Source: Lachnospiraceae bacterium (GTDB taxonomy: Bacteria > Bacillota > Clostridia > Lachnospirales > Lachnospiraceae). From it: DNA of 64,000 nucleotides. Below are positions 43,486-53,949 of this stretch, one piece after another (within the stretch, counting starts at the first letter, position 1; every line of letters begins with the position of its first letter). Where the stretch lies: contig JAILOI010000010.1 of assembly GCA_024690885.1 (NCBI GenBank), positions 1,830 through 65,829 of the forward strand. The letters run 5' to 3'. The notes beneath the pieces were generated by a model, which saw only the letters and a list, made by a program, of their open reading frames with translations, made no database searches and was not told the origin of the DNA. A program made the translations under genes and the position numbers.

Positions 43486-43560
43486 AAAAAAAGAACATCG
43501 CAAATAACACAGACGCTGTCTGTATCATTAGCCATGTTCTCATCTCTCTCGGCTCCCCCA
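43486..43560 (-). promoter_or_regulatory. GlpP-type attenuator (leader terminator) upstream of glpK
   Basis: Purine-rich GGGGGAGCCGAGAGAG followed by AGAACAT...ACAGAC-AGC-GTCTGT...ATGTTCT-U6 hairpin, located between promoter and RBS. Confidence 0.7.
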
Positions 43561-43583
43561 ATATTTAACTCTCCCCACAACCT

Positions 43584-43612
43584 AAGTTACCACTTTGTTC
43601 GTCATAATGCAA
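43584..43612 (-). promoter_or_regulatory. Sigma-A promoter of the glp operon
   Basis: TTGCAT-17-TAACTT with extended TGg. Confidence 0.6.
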
Positions 43613-43764
43613 TATAAAATTTTTGTATTTCTACCGTTTCTAGTCATTTAGCACAATTTTTGAGAGGTTTCCACAAAATGGTCTTTGTTCCTTTGGGCAT
43701 TTGGTATACAAGGTCTGTTGTTTTTACAACATAATGATAGGAAGTGTGTAACACAAAAAATAAG

Positions 43765-43798
43765 AAAAAAAGACACCACTGCAACTGCAATGGTGTCT
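43765..43798 (-). terminator. Terminator after gdhA and the GlsB-family gene
   Basis: AGACACCATTGCA-GT-TGCAGTGGTGTCT with long U tail on minus. Confidence 0.85.
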
Positions 43799-43815
43799 CC
43801 TGGGATACAAAACCA

Positions 43816-44055
43816 CTATTTAAATAAAACACGTCCTACTGCGATGACGACGCAAGCTCCTACGACAGAAACCACAATACTTCCAATAAAACCGCTTCCG
43901 GAAATACCAATCAGTCCAAGGAGGATACTTCCAACAACACCGCCGATAATACCTAGAATAATATTGCGGAGAACTCCGCCTTCGGAATGCATAATCATTC
44001 CGGCAATCCATCCGGCGATACCGCCGGTTATTAATCCAATAATGATTCCTACCAT
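43816..44055 (-). CDS. GlsB/YeaQ/YmgE-family stress membrane protein
   Basis: Gly-rich hydrophobic 79 aa: G.IAGWIA...NIILGIIGGVVG...VVGA. Confidence 0.9.
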   Translation of the reverse strand: MVGIIIGLITGGIAGWIAGMIMHSEGGVLRNIILGIIGGVVGSILLGLIGISGSGFIGSIVVSVVGACVVIAVGRVLFK

Positions 44056-44070
44056 AATTTATCCTCTTCC

Positions 44071-45507
<1,437 letters not shown>

Positions 45508-45518
45508 TCACAAAAGAG

Positions 45519-45547
45519 ATTATATCTGTTTTTTCCCATGGATGCAA
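45519..45547 (-). promoter_or_regulatory. Proximal sigma-A promoter of gdhA
   Basis: TTGCAT-17-TATAAT. Confidence 0.75.
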
Positions 45548-45616
45548 CGATTTCTTTGCATTTGGGATGAACAATATTCTTCTCTTTGTGTTTGACTTGA
45601 GATATGTTGCATTTAT

Positions 45617-45666
45617 AAAAAAAGAACTAAACCTAGAGAGCAATCTGCTCCCTAAGCCTAATTCTT
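45617..45666 (-). terminator. Long terminator hairpin between purB and gdhA
   Basis: AAGAAUUAGGCUUAGGGAGCA-GAU-UGCUCUCUAGGUUUAGUUCUU with U tail; G-U pairs favour the minus strand. Confidence 0.85.
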
Positions 45667-45734
45667 TTCGCCATTGAAAAATATTCAAATCTAAATTCGA
45701 TTATATGCATTTTAGAAAAAAATGCAATGCATAT

Positions 45735-47186
45735 TTATACATTTATTTCAGCTTTGACACCAAGCAGTTCTTTGTTGGCATCTAACACCGGCTGAACCAC
45801 TTCTTCTAAGTACTTCTCAACCTGGTATACGCTGCGTCCCACATACTTCGAAGGAATCATGGACTCTTCTAATTCTTCCATACCCATTGGGAAGGTATCA
45901 TCGGCAGCAATCAACTCTAAGAGGTTGTTGTCCTTGCCCTCTTCCTTCACATGCTTGCCTGCTTCCATGGAAAGCTGACGGATGCGCTCATGCAACTCCT
46001 GACGATTGCCGCCAAGCTTTACCACGTCCATCATAATGTTCTCTGTAGCCATAAATGGAAGCTCACTGCGTAAACGCTTCTCAATCACCTTAGGATATAC
46101 CACCAGGCCATCTACAACATTTAAGCACAGATCCAGCACGCCATCGGTAGCAAGGAAGCCTTCTGCAACAGACAGACGCTTGTTGGCAGAATCATCCAGG
46201 GTACGCTCAAACCACTGGGTAGCAGAGGTGATGGCCGGATTTAAGGCATCAATCATTACATAACGGGACAAGGATGCAATACGCTCACTACGCATCGGAT
46301 TTCGCTTATATGCCATGGCAGAAGATCCAATCTGATTCTTCTCAAACGGCTCCTCCACTTCCTTCAGATGCTGAAGCAGACGAATATCGTTGCTCATCTT
46401 ATGTGCGGAAGCTGCAATGCCTGCCAAGATATTGCAAACACGGGTATCCACCTTGCGGGAATAGGTCTGGCCGGACACCGGAACACAACCGGAAAATCCC
46501 ATCTTCTTCGCAATCATCGGATCAATCTTGTCGATGGTCTCATTATCCTCATTGAACAACTCACGGAAGCTTGCCTGGGTACCGGTGGTTCCCTTAGAGC
46601 CAAGAAGCTTCAAGGTAGAAAGTACATAATCCAGGTCTTCCAAATCCATCATGAATTCGTTGCACCACAAGGTGGCACGCTTACCAACGGTGGTTGGCTG
46701 AGCCGGCTGGAAATGAGTAAATGCCAGGGTTGGCAGATCCTTGTAGCTATCAGCAAACTTTGCAAGTTCTGCAATCACGTTCACCAATTTCTTGCGAACC
46801 AACTGCAGACCCTCACGCATAATGATGACATCGGTGTTGTCACCAACATAACAGGAAGTTGCTCCCAAATGGATGATGCCGGCCGCCTTCGGACACTGCT
46901 GTCCGTAAGCATATACGTGGCTCATTACGTCATGACGTACCAGTTTCTCACGCTCTCTTGCCACATCATAATTGATGTCCTCGGCATGTGCCTTCAACTC
47001 ATCAATCATCTCCTGGGTGATGACCGGCTTGCCGTCTTTATTTAAGCCCAGCTCCATCTCGGTTTCTGCCAGTGCAATCCATAATTTTCTCCAGGTACGA
47101 AACTTCATATCCTGAGAAAAGATGTACTGCATCTCCTTGCTGGCATAACGTTCGGACAGCGGGCTGATATAGCGATTGGTTTCCAT
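45735..47186 (-). CDS. purB: Adenylosuccinate lyase
   Basis: RHDVMSH, HLGATS, THFQPAQ, GSSAMAYKRNP. Confidence 0.96.
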   Translation of the reverse strand: METNRYISPLSERYASKEMQYIFSQDMKFRTWRKLWIALAETEMELGLNKDGKPVITQEMIDELKAHAEDINYDVAREREKLVRHDVMSHVYAYGQQCPKAAGIIHLGATSCYVGDNTDVIIMREGLQLVRKKLVNVIAELAKFADSYKDLPTLAFTHFQPAQPTTVGKRATLWCNEFMMDLEDLDYVLSTLKLLGSKGTTGTQASFRELFNEDNETIDKIDPMIAKKMGFSGCVPVSGQTYSRKVDTRVCNILAGIAASAHKMSNDIRLLQHLKEVEEPFEKNQIGSSAMAYKRNPMRSERIASLSRYVMIDALNPAITSATQWFERTLDDSANKRLSVAEGFLATDGVLDLCLNVVDGLVVYPKVIEKRLRSELPFMATENIMMDVVKLGGNRQELHERIRQLSMEAGKHVKEEGKDNNLLELIAADDTFPMGMEELEESMIPSKYVGRSVYQVEKYLEEVVQPVLDANKELLGVKAEINV

Positions 47187-47206
47187 AAAATCTCCTTCAA
47201 AAAAAC

Positions 47207-48652
47207 TTAATGTTCATATTCTCCGCGGATATCTTCCTGCGGCGGGGTCATCGGATAATTGCCGTTAAAGCATCCGGTACAAATCGGAAGTCCTTCCGAC
47301 ATCTCAAGCAAACGATCCATCTGCAAATATCCCAAGGAATCCGCACCGATAATCTGACGAATCTCCTCAATGGATTTGTTGTAAGCAATCAACTGCTCTC
47401 TGGCCGGAACATCAATTCCAAAATAGCATGGCCACAAGAATGGCGGGGATGAAATACGGACATGTACTTCCTTGGCACCGGCCTCTTTGAGCATGCCAAC
47501 AATACGATCGGAGGTGGTACCACGAACGATGGAGTCATCGATCATCACCACACGCTTACCACGTACATTCTCACATAACACATTCAACTTTACCTGAACG
47601 GAAGATTCTCTGCTGTTTTGCTTCGGCTTGATGAAGGTACGTCCCACGTAGGAGTTCTTCACAAACGCGGTTCCGTAAGGAATACCGGAAGCCAAAGAAA
47701 ATCCGAGTGCAGCTGCATTACCGGATTCCGGAACACCGGTGACCAAATCCGCTTCCACCGGGGAATCCTCCCAGAGGAACTTACCGGCCTTGATGCGGGA
47801 TTCATAAACGCTCACCCCATCAATGCGGCTATCCGGTCTGGCAAAGTAAATGTACTCAAAGATGCAACGAGCTTCCTTCTCCGGAGATAAACAATTCTCC
47901 AGATTAGACTGAATTCCAAACTCCGGTGAAACCGTTACAATCTCACCCGGGCGTACGTCACGTACAAACTCTGCACCGATGGTATCGAGGGCGCAGGTCT
48001 CAGAAGCAAATACATAAGCATTGTCACGCTTCCCGATACACAGTGGCTTAAACCCATAAGGATCACGGGCTGCGATCAATTTCCTTGGGCTCATCACAAC
48101 CAGGGAATAGGCACCCTTGAGGCGACGACAAGCAAGCTTTACCGCATCCTCAACCGTAGGGGTATTCAAACGCTCTCTGGCGATGTAATACGCGATGGTC
48201 TCAGAATCAATGGTGGTCTGGAAAATCGCACCGGTACGAGACAGTTCATCCCGAAGCTCATTGGCATTGATTAAGTTTCCATTGTGGGCCAATGCAAGGG
48301 TACCCTTGATATAATTTAAAACCAAAGGCTGGGCATTAGCGATGGAAGATTCTCCTGCAGTAGAATAACGGACGTGTCCAACGCCGATATTCCCATGTAA
48401 TTTTGATAAGGTCTCGCCATCAAAGGCTTCATTTACAAGACCCATCCCCTTGTGGAAGTCCACCTTCCCCTTGGGGCCTTCGGTATCGCTGACCGCAATA
48501 CCGGCACTCTCCTGACCACGATGCTGCAGGGCAAAGAGGCCATAGTAAATTGTGGATGCTACATCCTTGCCATCAAAATCATAGATGCCAAAGACGCCAC
48601 ATTCATCATGAAGTTCATCAGAGTTCCACTCTGTCGCTTTCATACACTGCAT
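47207..48652 (-). CDS. purF: Amidophosphoribosyltransferase
   Basis: Propeptide followed by CGVFG, QHRGQE, HVRYST, DDSIVRGTT, Fe-S cysteines. Confidence 0.96.
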   Translation of the reverse strand: MQCMKATEWNSDELHDECGVFGIYDFDGKDVASTIYYGLFALQHRGQESAGIAVSDTEGPKGKVDFHKGMGLVNEAFDGETLSKLHGNIGVGHVRYSTAGESSIANAQPLVLNYIKGTLALAHNGNLINANELRDELSRTGAIFQTTIDSETIAYYIARERLNTPTVEDAVKLACRRLKGAYSLVVMSPRKLIAARDPYGFKPLCIGKRDNAYVFASETCALDTIGAEFVRDVRPGEIVTVSPEFGIQSNLENCLSPEKEARCIFEYIYFARPDSRIDGVSVYESRIKAGKFLWEDSPVEADLVTGVPESGNAAALGFSLASGIPYGTAFVKNSYVGRTFIKPKQNSRESSVQVKLNVLCENVRGKRVVMIDDSIVRGTTSDRIVGMLKEAGAKEVHVRISSPPFLWPCYFGIDVPAREQLIAYNKSIEEIRQIIGADSLGYLQMDRLLEMSEGLPICTGCFNGNYPMTPPQEDIRGEYEH

Positions 48653-48666
48653 TCTCCTATTCGATT

Positions 48667-49545
48667 TTAAGCTTGAAACTTGGTTCCGGTAAGAAGCAGG
48701 AATGCTTCCTCGTATTTCTCGATGGTCTTAGCAATGACATCTTCCGGCAATAAATAATCGCTGTCCGGATTTGCCTTCAACCAATCACGTACAAACTGTT
48801 TATCGAAAGACGGCTGACTCTGGCCCGGCTTATAGCCCTCCACCGGCCAAAAACGGGAACTGTCCGGAGTCAACATCTCATCACCGAGTACCACCTGACC
48901 GTTCTCGTCCAAACCGAACTCAAACTTGGTGTCAGCGATGATAATACCCTTAGAACGAGCGTAATCTGCGCACTTCTTATACAATGCGATGGTGCAATCG
49001 CGAATCTGAGCTGCATAATCTGCACCCTTACCAGGGTAAAGCTTCTCTAAAATCTCTACCGAATCCTCAAAGGTAATGTGCTCATCATGCAATCCAATCT
49101 CAGCCTTCGTGGTAGGAGTATAAATCGGTTCCGGTAACTGATCGGACTCCTGCAAACCTTCTGGCAAGGTAATTCCGCAAACCTTACCGGTTTTCTGGTA
49201 GCTTTCCCAACCGCTACCGGTAATGTATCCACGTACGATACACTCAATTGGAAGCATCTCCAACTTCTTGCACATCATGCTCTTACCGCGATATTCTTCC
49301 TTCCGGAAAAACTCCGGCATATCTGCCGTATCAATGGATAACATGTGATTTGGAAGGATATCCTTGGTGAAATCAAACCAGAACTTGGACATCTGGGTCA
49401 GGATTGCTCCCTTGTGAGATACCTTGTTCTTCAGAATGACATCAAACGCGGAAATACGATCCGTTGCTACCATGATAATGCTATCCCCATTATCATATAC
49501 CTCACGTACTTTTCCTTCCTTCATTGGCTTCAACTCTGCACTCAT
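48667..49545 (-). CDS. purC: SAICAR synthetase
   Basis: GKVRE, DRISAFD, ECIVRGY, DTKFEFG, TPDSSRFW, DKQFVRDW. Confidence 0.96.
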   Translation of the reverse strand: MSAELKPMKEGKVREVYDNGDSIIMVATDRISAFDVILKNKVSHKGAILTQMSKFWFDFTKDILPNHMLSIDTADMPEFFRKEEYRGKSMMCKKLEMLPIECIVRGYITGSGWESYQKTGKVCGITLPEGLQESDQLPEPIYTPTTKAEIGLHDEHITFEDSVEILEKLYPGKGADYAAQIRDCTIALYKKCADYARSKGIIIADTKFEFGLDENGQVVLGDEMLTPDSSRFWPVEGYKPGQSQPSFDKQFVRDWLKANPDSDYLLPEDVIAKTIEKYEEAFLLLTGTKFQA

Positions 49546-49588
49546 CTTTCTTTCCTTTCACTTTTACAATACTTTTATGATGCCTTTG

Positions 49589-49640
49589 AAAAAGACATAG
49601 TAACTGCCGGAGATAAAAATAGAAACCTCCGGCAGTTATT
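49589..49640 (-). terminator. Terminator-like hairpin after gpmI
   Basis: TAACTGCCGGAG/CTCCGGCAGTTA 12-bp inverted repeat; U-run offset by about 6 nt. Confidence 0.65.
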
Positions 49641-49648
49641 AGCAAAAC

Positions 49649-51190
49649 TTATTTTTTGATTAACAGGGAATGTCCTGTCATATCTTCCGGCTGTTCCATA
49701 CCCATCAGTTCAATTAAGGTAGGAATAATATCGCATAACTTACCGCCTTCTGCAAGGGTGTAAGAAGGATCTGCGTTTACCAAAATAAATGGTACCGGAT
49801 TTGTGGTATGAGCAGTCCAAGGCTCGCCGGTCTCATAATCAATCATCTGCTCACAGTTACCGTGATCTGCACAGATGAACATCACTCCGTCAACGCTCTT
49901 CAATGCTTCTACGGCCTTGCCAACGCAAGTATCTACGGTTTCAACAGCCTTCACTGCTGCTTCGATCACGCCGGTATGACCAACCATATCCGGGTTTGCG
50001 AAGTTAATGACAATGACATCGTACTTATCAGAAGTAATGGCTCCACATAATTTCTCACATACTTCCGGTGCACTCATCTCCGGCTGCAAATCATAAGTTG
50101 CAACCTTCGGAGAATTTACAAGCATACGATCCTCGTTCAGGTTTGGCTCCTCAACGCCACCATTGAAGAAGAAGGTAACATGTGCATACTTCTCAGTCTC
50201 TGCAATACGAGCCTGACTCTTGCCATTGGCAGCCAAGAACTCACCAAAGGTATTCTTCAGTTCCACCTTCTTGAATGCAACATCCTTGTTTGGAATGGTA
50301 ACATCATACTCGGTAAAGCATACATAATGAACCTGCTTACGTGCACCACGATCAAATCCATCAAACTCATCCATACAGAAGGTACGGGTAATCTCACGTG
50401 CACGGTCCGGACGGAAGTTAAAGCAGATTACGCTGTCTCCGTCTCCAATCAAGCCCACCGGCTTGCCATCTTCCATAATGGTGGTTGGCAATACGAACTC
50501 ATCGGTTACTTCATTGTCATAAGAAGCCTGCAATGCTTCCGTTGCGCTGGTTGCAGCAACACCATTGCCTTCGGTTAAGTTACGATATGCCTTCTCCACA
50601 CGATCCCAACGGTTATCACGATCCATTGCATAGAAACGTCCGCTTAAGGATGCCACTTTACCAACACCGAGTTCTGCCATCTTCGCCTCTAACTCCTTCA
50701 CGAAGCCAAGACCGGAAGTAGGTGCGGTATCACGACCGTCTAAGAATGCATGAACGAATACATTGGAAACGCCCATACGCTTTGCCATCTCAAGCAAACC
50801 ATAAATATGAGAATTGTGGCTGTGTACACCACCGTCGGAAACCAAACCATACAGATGTACGGACTTACCGGACTCCTTTGCAGATGCAAATGCAGCAGTT
50901 AATGCTTCATTGTCATAGAAATCACCGTCTTCGATGGACTTGGTAATACGGGTCAGTTCCTGATATACGATGCGGCCTGCACCCATATTCATATGACCAA
51001 CCTCAGAGTTACCCATCTGACCATCCGGAAGACCTACTGCCAAACCACTGGCATAGCCCTTCTGCCAAGGACACTCTGCCATCAACTTATCGATATTTGG
51101 AGTGTTGGCTGCATATACAGCATTCGCTTCATGATTATCATTCAGTCCGAAGCCGTCCAAAATCATCAAAACAACCGGTTTCTTACTCAT
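49649..51190 (-). CDS. gpmI: 2,3-bisphosphoglycerate-independent phosphoglycerate mutase
   Basis: LDGFG, QMGNSEVGH, SDGGVHSH, AETEKYAHVT, NPDMVGH, ADHGN. Confidence 0.97.
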   Translation of the reverse strand: MSKKPVVLMILDGFGLNDNHEANAVYAANTPNIDKLMAECPWQKGYASGLAVGLPDGQMGNSEVGHMNMGAGRIVYQELTRITKSIEDGDFYDNEALTAAFASAKESGKSVHLYGLVSDGGVHSHNSHIYGLLEMAKRMGVSNVFVHAFLDGRDTAPTSGLGFVKELEAKMAELGVGKVASLSGRFYAMDRDNRWDRVEKAYRNLTEGNGVAATSATEALQASYDNEVTDEFVLPTTIMEDGKPVGLIGDGDSVICFNFRPDRAREITRTFCMDEFDGFDRGARKQVHYVCFTEYDVTIPNKDVAFKKVELKNTFGEFLAANGKSQARIAETEKYAHVTFFFNGGVEEPNLNEDRMLVNSPKVATYDLQPEMSAPEVCEKLCGAITSDKYDVIVINFANPDMVGHTGVIEAAVKAVETVDTCVGKAVEALKSVDGVMFICADHGNCEQMIDYETGEPWTAHTTNPVPFILVNADPSYTLAEGGKLCDIIPTLIELMGMEQPEDMTGHSLLIKK

Positions 51191-51214
51191 TCTTATTTCC
51201 TCCATGTGAAAAAA

Positions 51215-52600
51215 TTATTTTTGTGTAACGACACCATCATCGCTGATGCGAAGGGTATCGGAAATGCTTTCAACATAATCATAGATTTCCCGGCATTCCT
51301 TGGGACTCGTTACCAAAGAGGTCTGTCCGAAAGAAAACTGACAAGGGATAAATTCCAAAGAAATCTCTCCATCGGAATGGATGCAAACTTCTGCCAATCC
51401 GGTATCATACGCCGTCGGCATGTTACTGGTACTGGAGAACCAGTAATTTCCAAGGCTGTAAAAAATCGGAACGCCATCCATAAATTCAATGCCCTGTAAG
51501 CAATGTGGATGACCACCTACAATCACATCTGCGCCGGATTGAATGAAGGCCTTGGCCAGGTTGACCTGGTCCTGCCCATATCTGGCATTTCCTTCCGTCC
51601 CCCAGTGTACCACAGCAATCACATAATCTGCATTCTTTTTTGCTTCTTCTATGACTTCGCAATACGCCGCAGGCTGAAGACATTTTAACACGCCGGCTCT
51701 ACTTTCGGTAGCCTCCTTTGTGTAATCGTAGGTTCGTTCAATCTGTGTGGCATCTACCAAAGCAATTTTACGCCCATTGGCCACATAGTAAAGAATCTTC
51801 TTCGCTTCTTCCAGATTCTCACCGGCTCCGATAAACGGAACCTCGATATCCCGGAAGGTGGAGATGGTATCCTTCATACCAATTTCTCCAAAATCCCAAA
51901 CGTGGTTATTCCCTAGGGTCACCACATCGGTACCAATCATCATAATCTCTCGCACCAATGCAGGATTGGCACGGAAGGTAAAGGCTTTACCGGGAAGTGC
52001 TTCTCCTCGATCGGTAAAAGAGAACTCATTGTTCACCACAAACACGTCGGCGCTTTGCATGATATCCAAAAGATCTTTGGAAAAGCAATCCTTCAGGCCA
52101 TACTTCTGACGATCCATATAATTACGGGTCGCAACCCCTTCCGCCAGATTCACATCCCCGGTAAAGGTAAACGTGATGGCATCCGCTTCTGCCGTCTGTG
52201 GTTCATACACATTGCAAAAACTATAGGATTCGATTCCCGTTGCCTTGCAGTATTCATACCATAATACATGGATACTGCAACCACAGGCCCGATACCAATC
52301 TTCTGGATCCTCGTAGTTTCCTTCGGACTGTAATGCGTCCAGTGCCGAAGCACCATAGGTATTGGTATACCAGGTAAGAAACGCTTCATCCACCGGATGC
52401 CCTCCGATGAATTCCGCCGATGCATGGTTCAGTACCTCATCATACGCGTCCTGTAAATCCTCAATATGAACTTCATTCGTTGTTTGTGTTGTTTTCGCAT
52501 CCGTGGATTCGAGAACAGCCGCATCCGAAGTCTCATGCCGACAACTACAGAGCGTGATCGCTACTATGAGTACCAAAGGTACCAAACCCCATCTTTTCAT
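51215..52600 (-). CDS. CapA-family (metallophosphatase-fold) lipoprotein
   Basis: Lipobox-like LCSC; TGDVNL, GNNHVWDFG, HWG.E, GGHPH, YSLGN. Confidence 0.88.
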   Translation of the reverse strand: MKRWGLVPLVLIVAITLCSCRHETSDAAVLESTDAKTTQTTNEVHIEDLQDAYDEVLNHASAEFIGGHPVDEAFLTWYTNTYGASALDALQSEGNYEDPEDWYRACGCSIHVLWYEYCKATGIESYSFCNVYEPQTAEADAITFTFTGDVNLAEGVATRNYMDRQKYGLKDCFSKDLLDIMQSADVFVVNNEFSFTDRGEALPGKAFTFRANPALVREIMMIGTDVVTLGNNHVWDFGEIGMKDTISTFRDIEVPFIGAGENLEEAKKILYYVANGRKIALVDATQIERTYDYTKEATESRAGVLKCLQPAAYCEVIEEAKKNADYVIAVVHWGTEGNARYGQDQVNLAKAFIQSGADVIVGGHPHCLQGIEFMDGVPIFYSLGNYWFSSTSNMPTAYDTGLAEVCIHSDGEISLEFIPCQFSFGQTSLVTSPKECREIYDYVESISDTLRISDDGVVTQK

Positions 52601-53949
52601 TACTTATCCTTCAAGAGTAATTCTACTCTGGCGATTGCCTCAGAAACGCCCTCATATCCGGACGTCTCAGCAAGCTTGTAATAAGCCAATGCTGTCTCAA
52701 GATTTTGGTCTACGCCATATCCGTTTTCATACATGTAACCTAAATTAATTTGTGCCGGCACATAGCCTTGCGCAGCCGCTAATTTCTGGTAATATGCAGC
52801 CTGCTCAAAATTGGCATCCACACCAAGTCCGTTGAAATAGATGTAACCCACCTGACAAATTGCCGGTGCGTAATCATTGTCAGCAGCTTGTTCAAACCAG
52901 CTTAAGGCAGTCTCGTAATCCCGTTCCACACCTAAGCCCATCTGATAGAGGATACCCATATAGTATTGTGCCATGGCATATCCATTATCAGCCGCAATCT
53001 GAAATTGCGCAACTGCTTCTTCTTCCTCAGGAGCAAACCACTTGCCGCCCATACAGAGGATGCCCAGTCTGGTGTGGGCACTGTTGATTGCAAACTGATC
53101 CCAGATGTTGGTGCTGGTATTACCGGCCACTGCCTGATACTTCTTCCGGGCAGCGTCCACATCCCGTTCACAGCCAATGCCGTGTTCCTGAATGTAACCC
53201 AGGTAATAAACCGCATCCAAATTTCCCACGTCGTAGGCTGCTTTCAGATGCTCGTAAATCTCACTGCCATAGGTTTCGTTGGCCTCGGCAATCTTCTGGG
53301 ATAGAGCCACATATTCCGGCGTATCCTTCACCGAAACTGCCGGCACTTCCACTACCGCCTCTGCCGTGGTTTCTGTGGCGTCCTTCGATTCGTCATCCGC
53401 CTCTTCACTTTCCTCTTCTATCACAATGGGATTGTTTTCCAAGTAAAGTGCATTCTCCATATCATCCCAGGAGCTTAAGGTATAGATGCCCAGGCTCTCC
53501 TCGTACTGACGTAATGCAATGCGGGCAAGTCCTACATCGCCATCGGATAGGCCGGCCTCCAGTGCTGTCTGGAAAAAGTCCGCTGCAGCCTCATCGTCCT
53601 GCTCTACCCCACATCCGTTCAAATACAGATAACCGACACCTACATTGCCTCTGGCTTCGCCTAACTCAATGGCTTTCATATACCATTCATAGGCTTTACT
53701 GAAATTCTGTTGATTTTCCCCGGTTCCGTAATCGTAAGCCAATCCCAGATAATAAGCGGCTTTGCCGTCGTTCTCATAGGTTAAAACTTCCAATTGCCGA
53801 TTGGAGAGAGTTCCGTAATCCGAAACATTTGCTTCCTTGGGAGCCTCCTCCACCGGTGTTTGTTCTTCTTTTGTGCCACAGGCAGTCATTGCAACTGCAA
53901 GGACTGCCATCAGCACAACCGATAACACACGTTTCTTCATAATATACAT
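52600..53949 (-). CDS. SEL1-like repeat lipoprotein
   Basis: Lipobox MTAC; multiple A.Y.LG..Y..G.GV..D...A..W/Y repeats interrupted by an acidic linker. Confidence 0.9.
   Translation of the reverse strand: MYIMKKRVLSVVLMAVLAVAMTACGTKEEQTPVEEAPKEANVSDYGTLSNRQLEVLTYENDGKAAYYLGLAYDYGTGENQQNFSKAYEWYMKAIELGEARGNVGVGYLYLNGCGVEQDDEAAADFFQTALEAGLSDGDVGLARIALRQYEESLGIYTLSSWDDMENALYLENNPIVIEEESEEADDESKDATETTAEAVVEVPAVSVKDTPEYVALSQKIAEANETYGSEIYEHLKAAYDVGNLDAVYYLGYIQEHGIGCERDVDAARKKYQAVAGNTSTNIWDQFAINSAHTRLGILCMGGKWFAPEEEEAVAQFQIAADNGYAMAQYYMGILYQMGLGVERDYETALSWFEQAADNDYAPAICQVGYIYFNGLGVDANFEQAAYYQKLAAAQGYVPAQINLGYMYENGYGVDQNLETALAYYKLAETSGYEGVSEAIARVELLLKDK

Noticed and set aside
43620-43765. AT-rich region upstream of the glp promoter: cre-like AGAAACGGTAG, imperfect GGTCT(G)TTGTT repeat, sporulation-sigma-like GTATA/CATAAT, short ORFs
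   Set aside because: Matches are poor or wrongly spaced, and the ORFs lack RBSs
46368-47045. 225-aa plus-strand ORF antisense to purB (and similar ones at 11137-11703 and 53088-53702)
   Set aside because: Shadow ORFs opposite well-supported genes, with no recognisable motifs; expected from codon bias
49546-49648. Possible purine or ZMP riboswitch upstream of purC (also checked upstream of fhs and purA)
   Set aside because: Gaps are too short or hold only a simple hairpin; no aptamer consensus recognised
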